Part shown: positions 9,493 to 16,120 of the stretch, piece by piece
Numbering within the stretch: position 1 is the stretch's first letter
How the letters are laid out: each line of letters begins with the position of its first letter
Source of the DNA: a virus
Strand: one strand, 5' to 3'
IMG/VR virus record: IMGVR_UViG_3300029543_000007
Length of the DNA stretch: 41,922 bases
Notes under the pieces: model-generated
The model's input: only the letters and a program-made list of their open reading frames with translations
What the model was told of the DNA's origin: nothing
The model's database searches: none
Position numbers and translations under genes: made by a program

Positions 9493-9897
9493 ATGGCATA
9501 CACAAAGAAAACATGGGTAAAAGGAAGCACACCGCTTAGTGCGGAAAATTTTAATCATATGGAGCAAGGGATTGCTGATGCGCACAGCTCAATTGCGCAG
9601 CTAAATTCTGAAAGAGCATTTTTATCAAAAGTATTTTCTGGAACAAGCAACAAAATGATTTACTGGCAAAGATGTCAGTCTGAAATTGCAAAAGCATTAG
9701 GCATGCAAATATCAGACATAAATAACGAAAAGTTATATATAGCAGCTTGCAACGGTGATTGGAATGCGTATCAAGGTCTGGTAACAGGTGCTGCTTTACA
9801 ATGGGATAATACAAATTTAAATATAAACATAGGATTATCCAGTGATACAAACGGTGTTGTTAGGATTAATTTTATGATTTATCGTAAATTAAATTAA
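9493..9897 (+). CDS. Tail fibre / receptor-binding protein: constant N-terminus (aa 1-40) fused to the currently expressed cassette A
   Basis: RBS GGAGA. N-terminus KKTWVKGSTPLSAENFNHMEQGI is a common fibre N-terminal motif. Recombination core at codons 36-39 (QLNS). Confidence 0.78.
   Translation: MAYTKKTWVKGSTPLSAENFNHMEQGIADAHSSIAQLNSERAFLSKVFSGTSNKMIYWQRCQSEIAKALGMQISDINNEKLYIAACNGDWNAYQGLVTGAALQWDNTNLNINIGLSSDTNGVVRINFMIYRKLN
9598..9611 (+). repeat. Recombination core S1, CAGCTAAATTCTGA, inside the expressed fibre gene
   Basis: Exact 14-mer, one of four copies; encodes Q36-L-N-S39. Confidence 0.85.
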
Positions 9898-10232
9898 TCT
9901 ATATCATATACTATGGAGGTATATACACATGTTGAGTACACTGTAGGAAAATATATTGTTATATCACCATTTGTGTCAATTTTAACAGCACCAATATTAT
10001 TAAAATTAACATCATCATCGGTATAGCAAGCCGATCCGCATTTTATTTTAGGTCTAAAACCTTCTGGAACAAAAAAACAAGTTGTAATCCCAACACTAGG
10101 AGAATTGCAATGGAAATATCCATTTATATATACTTTTCCATTATGTTTATAACTGTTTCCGGTGAATGCATATTTTGAATCTATGCTAGTAATTGTAAAT
10201 TCTATTCTGTTATTTAAGTCAGAATTTAGCTG
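9894..10232 (-). other. Silent fibre C-terminal cassette B (112 codons, no start codon or RBS of its own)
   Basis: The minus-strand frame reads QLNSDLNNRIEFTITS...IVYDID* starting at core S2. Its stop overlaps the cassette A stop (TTAA). Confidence 0.8.
10219..10232 (-). repeat. Recombination core S2 (reverse complement of S1)
   Basis: TCAGAATTTAGCTG on the + strand. Shares 16 nt (CGCAGCTAAATTCTGA) with S1. Confidence 0.85.
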
Positions 10233-10302
10233 CGGAAGTCTACGAATCCTCCGCAGCGGAAAAGAGTATAATGCACACATAACACACAAAGGAGAAAGTA
10301 TT

Positions 10303-11298
10303 ATGCGTGACAGAATTATAAGTAACGTGCTAATCAAAATGGGCAATAGAATCAAGAAAAAAGAGCTAGATTATCTTGAAAATGTGTTGGTAGAAGAGTT
10401 CCGAGATGTACAGATTAAGAAAGAATCGACGGAATTGACGGAATACAATGACAGTTTAAGGAAGCTAAAAGATACGTTCCTTGCAACGCTGATTGTAGAA
10501 AATAAATCCAACAGAACGATTGAACAGTATAATTTACATCTAACACAGTTTGTAGATTATTTCACTGCCAAAGAAGCAAAAGACATAGATGCAACCGATA
10601 TTAGGGGATTTCTATATGCGTATAAGCAAAGCAGAGGCATATCGAATTTATCATTAAACAATAAGCGATCAGCAATATCCTCGTTTTTTAGTTGGCTGGC
10701 TGATGAGGAGTACATTGACAAAGATCCAACTCGAAAAATTAAGAAAATCAAAGTAACAAAGAAAAAGAAGAAGGCGTTTACAGCTGATGAAATGGAACGT
10801 ATGCGTATAGCATGTACGGATATTCGTGATCGGGCGTTGATAGAGATGTTAGCATCCACAGGTTGTCGTGTCTCAGAATTAAGCAGTATAAAGCTAAACG
10901 ATATAGATTTTATTCGAAAGAAAGTGCGGATCATTGGTAAAGGAGATAAAGAGCGAACAGTGTTTATATCAGATCAGGCAATGATTTATCTGAATAGATA
11001 TTTAGAAATCAGAAAAGATAATAACATTTCACTTTTTGTTTCTAAGAGGCATCCATATGATCAGTTAAGAAAAGACGGAATCGAGCGAATTGTAAGAGAT
11101 TTAGGAAGATCATGTAATGTATATGCACATCCGCATAAATTCCGACGGACGTTATGTACGCAATTGATTAAGCGAGGCATGCCGCTTCAGGATGTTGCGA
11201 TCTTGTTAGGTCATGCAGACATTAATATGACTGCCGGTACATACTATGATGCTTCGGACGATATGATTGAATATGAATATATTCGTTATGCAGCTTAA
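10303..11298 (+). CDS. XerC/D-type tyrosine recombinase (putative shufflon invertase)
   Basis: 331 aa. Catalytic pattern: STGCRVSEL (R), GKGDKER (K), HPHKFRRT (HxxR), LLGHADINMT (H), GTYY (Y). RBS AAAGGAGA before ATG 10303. Confidence 0.88.
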   Translation: MRDRIISNVLIKMGNRIKKKELDYLENVLVEEFRDVQIKKESTELTEYNDSLRKLKDTFLATLIVENKSNRTIEQYNLHLTQFVDYFTAKEAKDIDATDIRGFLYAYKQSRGISNLSLNNKRSAISSFFSWLADEEYIDKDPTRKIKKIKVTKKKKKAFTADEMERMRIACTDIRDRALIEMLASTGCRVSELSSIKLNDIDFIRKKVRIIGKGDKERTVFISDQAMIYLNRYLEIRKDNNISLFVSKRHPYDQLRKDGIERIVRDLGRSCNVYAHPHKFRRTLCTQLIKRGMPLQDVAILLGHADINMTAGTYYDASDDMIEYEYIRYAA

Positions 11299-11438
11299 AG
11301 AATAATAACAAATCTAATATATAAACTATTAAATCTGCTTAAAAGGGAAGGAGATTTTATTTTTATGCGAAAAAATATTATAAAAAACAGATCGCCATGC
11401 TAAACAGCTATGGTAACAATAAATAGAACTCAACAACA

Positions 11439-11452
11439 CAGCTAAATTCTGA
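11439..11452 (+). repeat. Recombination core S3
   Basis: Exact CAGCTAAATTCTGA. Shares 18 nt (AACACAGCTAAATTCTGA) with S4. Confidence 0.85.
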
Positions 11453-11792
11453 AATAAAAAATAAAGTTTATATGCAACCGGCATGGTTATTGACTTGCGA
11501 AAAATTTGAAGGCGGATACTTTAAAATTAATAATGTTGTTTTTTTAAATATTCGCCTAAAAACTTCTGCTACAAATAATAATTGGAGCGGTTCTGGGACA
11601 TGGAAACAAATTTTTAAAAACTTACCTAAACCTTTAATTGAAATTCCTTTACAATGCTACTGTGAGACATATTCTGACAAATATACTCCATGTTATATTA
11701 GCACAGATGGAAATGCATACGTTATGGGTGCAAATCAAATCGAACCAGGGACAATTTATTTATTTCAGGCCGTATATTTATCTAATGAATAA
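11439..11792 (+). other. Silent fibre C-terminal cassette C (117 codons)
   Basis: The frame from S3 reads QLNSEIKNKVYMQPAWLL...AVYLSNE*. There is no RBS before the internal ATG at 11472. Confidence 0.75.
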
Positions 11793-11831
11793 TTTATAAA
11801 TCTTATCTTGTAATTATTCCAAATTGTATAC

Positions 11832-12164
11832 TTAGCTAAAATTTACAAACGATGAAGGAACGGTTATATTGGCAACTACAACGCCATTTTCCATACTGTC
11901 ACTACTTCTGATTGTTAATGTTGTATTTCTCACTCTTATATCTCCAGTGATTCCAACGGGAGCCCAATTAGGGTTCAAAATTACGCATGGTGCAAATACT
12001 TCATTTACAAAGTTTACACCGTCCGGAAGTTGATACACATTATCATAGCCACCACCGGTTACGCTTATAGAGAAATACGCAATCACGATTGCTATGTCTT
12101 TGTTTTTGTATACATATAAATTATCGCTTTCTCGTTTTATAAATGTGGAATCAGAATTTAGCTG
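11832..12164 (-). other. Silent fibre C-terminal cassette D (110 codons)
   Basis: The minus-strand frame from S4 reads QLNSDSTFIKRESDNLYVYK...SSFVNFS*. Confidence 0.78.
12151..12164 (-). repeat. Recombination core S4 (reverse complement)
   Basis: TCAGAATTTAGCTG on the + strand. Confidence 0.85.
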
Positions 12165-12192
12165 TGTTACTGCTTGCGGAAAGGAAAAAAAT

Positions 12193-12468
12193 ATGGTTGA
12201 TATGACACAAATCTTAAATGATATCTTAAAAGCAATCTTCGGAAAAGATGTGCGGCAAGCCATCCATGATGGAATTAAAAGATCAAATGATATCGCAGAT
12301 GATTGCGATACAAGACAGACAAGCTTAGAAAGACAGTATGATGAGTTATTAAAAAATTTTAGTTCTTCATCTCCGTCCGCAGCCGAAGTTGTAGATGCGA
12401 GAACAGGACTTGATGGTACAATCTATGAAACATTAAAGAAACGTCTTGATGATCCTAGATGTTCATAA
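12193..12468 (+). CDS. Hypothetical tail-module protein (91 aa)
   Basis: RBS GGAAAGGAAAAA before ATG 12193. ILNDILKAIFGKDVRQAIHDGI and AEVVDARTG motifs resemble fibre or appendage N-termini. Confidence 0.5.
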   Translation: MVDMTQILNDILKAIFGKDVRQAIHDGIKRSNDIADDCDTRQTSLERQYDELLKNFSSSSPSAAEVVDARTGLDGTIYETLKKRLDDPRCS

Positions 12469-12505
12469 GGTGAAGCAAAATGAAAAATTTTATAAAAATA
12501 CGAGC

Positions 12506-12530
12506 AAGACCCTAAGAGGTCTTATTTTTA
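12506..12530 (+). terminator. Rho-independent terminator at the end of the tail operon
   Basis: AAGACC-ctaaga-GGTCTT followed by ATTTTTA. Confidence 0.6.
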
Positions 12531-12571
12531 TGTAACAATTTAATGCAGCAATGATATTAGAAAGGAAGAAT

Positions 12572-12886
12572 ATGGCAGATGACGAATACATAAGTAGAAA
12601 TGAACATAATGCATTTGCGAGTGATGTTGATCATGAGCAAACCCGACAAAACAAAAGAATTGAAGCGTTAGAAGTGACAATAAGACAGATCAATGACCTT
12701 ACATTGTCCGTTCAAAAGCTCGCTATCAACATGGAACATATGCTTGTTAATCAGACGGAGCAGAGCAAACGGCTTGAAGAGTTGGAAAACAGAGACGGAG
12801 AAAAATGGAGAAGCATTTCTGTGTATGTCCTAACTGCAGTTGTCGGGGCAGTAATCGGATTCGTACTCAAACAAGCTGGACTATAA
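12572..12886 (+). CDS. xhlA: XhlA-like lysis-associated membrane protein
   Basis: Coiled-coil N-terminus plus a single C-terminal TM (ISVYVLTAVVGAVIGFVL); sits directly before the holin; RBS GAAAGGAAG. Confidence 0.6.
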   Translation: MADDEYISRNEHNAFASDVDHEQTRQNKRIEALEVTIRQINDLTLSVQKLAINMEHMLVNQTEQSKRLEELENRDGEKWRSISVYVLTAVVGAVIGFVLKQAGL

Positions 12887-12900
12887 GAAGGAGAGATAAG

Positions 12901-13407
12901 ATGAAAGAATTATTTGAACAGAATAAAGTGTTATTCTTGGCAGTGATCGCAGCGTTGATCATTGTCTTTTTAGTTAAGAAGTTAATCAACTATATCACAA
13001 GAAAAGGGCTTGAAGGAATCAGGCTGGATGTTTACAAGCTGTTTGTAGAAGCAGAGAAAACCTTCCGTGCATCCAAGCAAGGACAGCAGAAATTTGATTA
13101 TGTAATACATATGGCCAGAGGACTTTTGCCCAAACCTATTCAATTATTTGTAAGCGAGAGCATGTTAAAAGAGATCGTTCAGTTATGGTTTGACGGTGTC
13201 AAAGACCTTTTGGATGACGGTAAATTAAATAATTCAGAAGATGTTGAGGAAGTCAGTAGAGAAGATAAGATCAATCATACGACAGAGTTAGATGACGGAA
13301 CATGGACAAATTACGCAGAGACTCCGTTACATGAAACTGACTTAGAAGATCCAGAGGAACAGGAACAGACAGAAGATAATCAGGCAGCAGCAGAACAGGA
13401 GGTGTAG
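12901..13407 (+). CDS. Holin (LL-H-type, single N-terminal TM)
   Basis: N-terminal TM VLFLAVIAALIIVFLV, acidic tail, RBS AAGGAGAG, immediately upstream of the endolysin. Confidence 0.6.
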   Translation: MKELFEQNKVLFLAVIAALIIVFLVKKLINYITRKGLEGIRLDVYKLFVEAEKTFRASKQGQQKFDYVIHMARGLLPKPIQLFVSESMLKEIVQLWFDGVKDLLDDGKLNNSEDVEEVSREDKINHTTELDDGTWTNYAETPLHETDLEDPEEQEQTEDNQAAAEQEV

Positions 13408-13411
13408 ACAT

Positions 13412-14206
13412 ATGAGAATCGCATTGACCGTAGGACACAGTTTACTTAAAAATGGATCATATACATCAGCAAGTGGAGAAGATTGCGGTGGAGTAAACGA
13501 GTATAAGTACAATAAAAAGCTGATGAAAAAGGTAAAAGAATATCTGGAGAGTGACGGACACAGTGTTGATCTGTATATCTGCCCAGAGAAGGTATTTACC
13601 GCTGCGTCACAGGAAAAATCATGGAAACTGACACGTTTAAATGCAAAGAATTATGATCTCGTCGTAGAAGGTCATTTGAATTGCTACAATGGAAAGGCTC
13701 ATGGAACAGAGGTACTTTATGTGTCTGATGGCGGTAAGAAATACGCAAAGAGAGTACAGAAGAAACTCGTATCCGCTGGATTAACTGATCGTGATGTTCA
13801 GAAGAGAACGAACCTGTATATGCTGAATGCCACAAAGGCAACAACAATCATGACAGAGAGTTTTTTCTGTGATTCTAAGTCCGATTATAAAATCGGTAAG
13901 TACGTAAATAAGATCGCTAAGTTGATCGCAGAGGGAATCTGCAATAAAAAGCTGGGAACAGCTACCAAGGCTAAGGAAGCTGTAAAAACAGCCGTGAAGA
14001 AAGTTACCAAAACAACTGTGTATGCTAAGGTTGTCACAAAATCCGATCCACTTATGATCAGAAACAGTGCTAACAGATCATCTAAGATCATTGGTAAGAT
14101 TCCGAAAGGATCAAAAGCAGAAGTAATTAAAAAAGGCAGCACGTGGACGAAAGTTAAGTACAAGAGTGTAATAGGGTATTCCGCTACAAGATACCTTAAA
14201 TTTTAA
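13412..14206 (+). CDS. Endolysin: N-acetylmuramoyl-L-alanine amidase (Amidase_3-like) with a C-terminal SH3-like wall-binding domain
   Basis: MRIALTVGHS... / EGHLN / ESFFCDS motifs. C-terminus GSKAEVIKKGSTWTKVKYKSVIGYSATRYL. Confidence 0.8.
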   Translation: MRIALTVGHSLLKNGSYTSASGEDCGGVNEYKYNKKLMKKVKEYLESDGHSVDLYICPEKVFTAASQEKSWKLTRLNAKNYDLVVEGHLNCYNGKAHGTEVLYVSDGGKKYAKRVQKKLVSAGLTDRDVQKRTNLYMLNATKATTIMTESFFCDSKSDYKIGKYVNKIAKLIAEGICNKKLGTATKAKEAVKTAVKKVTKTTVYAKVVTKSDPLMIRNSANRSSKIIGKIPKGSKAEVIKKGSTWTKVKYKSVIGYSATRYLKF

Positions 14207-14211
14207 ATCGA

Positions 14212-14241
14212 ACCAGGGGAGAAATCCTCTGGTCTTTTTTT
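14212..14241 (+). terminator. Rho-independent terminator after the lysis cassette
   Basis: ACCAGGGGA-gaaa-TCCTCTGGT followed by CTTTTTTTA. Confidence 0.75.
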
Positions 14242-14342
14242 ATTGCAAAAATAAACCAAAAAAGTTTAAAGAAACATTTGACAATAAGCCAAAAAAAAGT
14301 TTATTGTAAAGACAGTAAAAATCTAAAAAATATAGAATTATT

Positions 14343-14533
14343 CTGTTACTAATTTGTTACTAAATACAGTGATTTAGAGATAGTTTACATATATTAAAAC
14401 ATTCAACAAACCGCTTAAATGTGATGTTTTTGATATTTATTATTTATTTAAATTTATACGATCATATTTTTGTAACATGAGAGAATGTCCATTTTAAGCC
14501 ATTCTCTCATTTATTTGTTACTAATCTGTTACT
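14343..14533. repeat. attP candidate: TGTTACTAAT(T/C)TGTTACT direct repeats plus an 11-bp inverted repeat
   Basis: Copies at 14344-14361 and 14516-14533, with an inverted TGTAACA at 14471-14477. IR ATGAGAGAATG/CATTCTCTCAT at 14477-14487 and 14500-14510. Confidence 0.5.
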
Positions 14534-14550
14534 TGTTGAATATAAAATTA

Positions 14551-15576
14551 TTATTTCAACAAAAGAATTGTCTCTCTTAATTGTTTTACTGTTTTATGAT
14601 TATAAACTCTGTTTCCGATATCTTTAGATTTATGCCCCATCAGCATATCAATGCATTTTCTATTGCCGCCTGCATTATCCAAAAATGTTTCAAAAGTATG
14701 CCTTGCCTCATGAGGCGTTTTCTTTCTCTTTGTTATATAGGCAATAACAACCTTCCACTCTTCATAAAAATCCCATTTTTTAAACTTGGAACCTTCATCA
14801 TTTTCTAAAAAATATTCATTACTTTTCTCTAACCGTTTTTTTACAAACGGCATGATACGAGGATGAATTGGAACAATTCTGTTTTTTCCAGAATCAGATT
14901 TACTTCCACCTTTAAAGTATCGTTCTTCTAGGTTTACTTGATCACATGTCATATCTAATAATTCCATTAATCGGAATCCTGTATAAATATAGATTAAAAC
15001 AATATCAACATTTTTTTGATCAGATATTTTCCATAGAGCTTCAACTTCTTTTTCGGTAAATGGTGCGCGTTTTGACTCTTCCTGCTTGGCACTTACAGAT
15101 GTTAATTGTGAATACATTTTATCTATGATATCTAATTCAAACGCGAAACTGTCTAAATGTCCCCATAGAACTTTGATATGAGCTTGCGTGGCATAACTGC
15201 GTCCACAGTTATCTATAGTTTCTTGCATTTGATAAGCTTTTATTTGTCTGTATTTCATTCCGTAGAGTTTTTGACAATGTTTATAAGCTGATTTGAGTGA
15301 GCTTAAACGAGAGGTTCCAAGTTTGGGACCTTTTATTTCAAGCCATCTCGTATATAAATCTGCAAGCGTCACTCGGTTACGATCAATGTTCCACGGATTG
15401 TCGTTGTACTTGGCCAAAATGATGTTTGCTTCTTCACGAGTAGCAGCATAGTCCACTGGGACCTGCCTTCCGTGTCCATCTTCATCATATGTAGTAACTT
15501 TGATCACATAAGGGCGTGAACGATTACCTTTTAATTTTGTCACACTGCCGTAGCCGTTTGGGTTTCTTCTTGCCAT
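14551..15576 (-). CDS. int: Tyrosine integrase (AP2-like N-terminal DNA-binding domain)
   Basis: 341 aa. Catalytic pattern: TGFRLMEL (R), PHEARHT (HxxR), LMGHKS (H), RVYNH (Y). Adjacent to a non-coding AT-rich region. Confidence 0.9.
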   Translation of the reverse strand: MARRNPNGYGSVTKLKGNRSRPYVIKVTTYDEDGHGRQVPVDYAATREEANIILAKYNDNPWNIDRNRVTLADLYTRWLEIKGPKLGTSRLSSLKSAYKHCQKLYGMKYRQIKAYQMQETIDNCGRSYATQAHIKVLWGHLDSFAFELDIIDKMYSQLTSVSAKQEESKRAPFTEKEVEALWKISDQKNVDIVLIYIYTGFRLMELLDMTCDQVNLEERYFKGGSKSDSGKNRIVPIHPRIMPFVKKRLEKSNEYFLENDEGSKFKKWDFYEEWKVVIAYITKRKKTPHEARHTFETFLDNAGGNRKCIDMLMGHKSKDIGNRVYNHKTVKQLRETILLLK

Positions 15577-15595
15577 ATATCATCATTCCTTTCCT

Positions 15596-15623
15596 AAAAA
15601 AAGGGTACAAAAAATACACCCTT
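15596..15623 (-). terminator. Weak minus-strand hairpin plus T-run immediately upstream of int
   Basis: The minus strand reads AAGGGT-11 nt-ACCCTT then TTTTT. Confidence 0.35.
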
Positions 15624-15629
15624 ATCAAA

Positions 15630-15658
15630 TTGTAATTTTGTAGGATGTATGATATAAT
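15630..15658 (+). promoter_or_regulatory. Sigma-70-type promoter, TTGTAA-17-TGaTATAAT
   Basis: -35 at 15630-15635; extended -10 at 15650-15658. Confidence 0.5.
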
Positions 15659-15664
15659 TCTGGT

Positions 15665-15747
15665 GTCGAGTCAGAAGCATATCACACACCACGTTGTTGA
15701 TAGGTTTCTTAAAGCCGTCTGGTTGTCAGCCAGGCGGTTTTTATTTT
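15665..15747 (+). ncRNA. Candidate small RNA (about 83 nt, no ORF)
   Basis: Bounded by the promoter above and a strong terminator (GCCGTCTGG-ttgtcag-CCAGGCGG(T) then TTTTATTTT, 15714-15747). Confidence 0.4.
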
Positions 15748-15777
15748 GACCATTTTGGCGAAGTCACCGAAATGGTG

Positions 15778-15806
15778 TTGAAAAAACTAAAAATCTTAAT
15801 TATAAT
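15778..15806 (+). promoter_or_regulatory. Near-consensus promoter, TTGAAA-17-TATAAT
   Basis: -35 at 15778-15783, 17-nt spacer, -10 at 15801-15806. Confidence 0.6.
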
Positions 15807-15812
15807 GTAGCT

Positions 15813-15912
15813 GGTAATAAGTCGGCACGATGGAGCAAACCCATCCGATCCGGCGAATGCTTAACGAAAAATGGTCGTTCTACACTTACCAGGGGCAGGA
15901 CGGCTATTTTTT
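15813..15912 (+). ncRNA. Candidate antisense antitoxin RNA, convergent with the small toxin ORF
   Basis: Runs from the promoter above to a G-U-containing hairpin (15874-15881 / 15897-15904) plus T6. Its 3' end overlaps the toxin stop codon. Confidence 0.38.
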
Positions 15913-15987
15913 ATGTGTATAGTTCAGAATGGCAATAATTAATAGTGCAACATTTATGGTGATCATAAATTCCTCATATGTACTCAT
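15904..15987 (-). CDS. 27-aa hydrophobic peptide, type I toxin candidate (holin-like toxin type): MSTYEEFMITINVALLIIAILNYTHKK
   Basis: Translated by hand. RBS AAAGGAGG 6 nt upstream. One TM and a KK tail. Below the ORF-track size cutoff. Confidence 0.55.
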   Translation of the reverse strand: MSTYEEFMITINVALLIIAILNYTHKK

Positions 15988-16058
15988 AAGGGCCTCCTTT
16001 CCGCAATGCTCGGAGCGGTGTTGGAGACTTGCCGCCTGACGACTTCATGGGTAAGTAT

Positions 16059-16087
16059 ATTATATTTTTAAAGTTCGATTGTTGCGA
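16059..16087 (-). promoter_or_regulatory. Possible promoter for the toxin mRNA (TCGCAA-17-TATAAT)
   Basis: Consensus -10 but a weak -35. Confidence 0.3.
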
Positions 16088-16120
16088 TGTCGGGATTTTG
16101 AAGAATTAATATAATATAAT

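Larger units (their letters stand above)
9598..12164. mobile_element. Shufflon-like multi-inversion region: 4 core sites, 4 C-terminal cassettes and an embedded tyrosine recombinase
   Basis: See the individual sites and cassettes; two tail-to-tail cassette pairs flank the recombinase gene. Confidence 0.8.

Noticed and set aside
9894-10355. ORF-track calls 9894-10355 (-), 11832-12263 (-), 10162-11298 (+) and 12094-12468 (+) taken as full-length genes
   Set aside because: Their N-terminal extensions run across the recombination cores into the antisense of neighbouring start regions and lack an RBS. The cassette interpretation, together with internal starts at 10303 and 12193 that have good RBSs, explains the sequence better.
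9493-12468. Diversity-generating retroelement or serine invertase (Gin/Cin-type) as the variation mechanism
   Set aside because: The window contains no reverse transcriptase, no template/variable repeat pair and no serine-recombinase-like ORF. The only enzyme in the locus has the tyrosine recombinase R-K-HxxR-H-Y pattern.
14200-14235. tRNA 3'-end fragment in attP (GGTTCGAT on the minus strand)
   Set aside because: No complementary T-stem or acceptor sequence is present. The sequence is part of the endolysin terminator hairpin.
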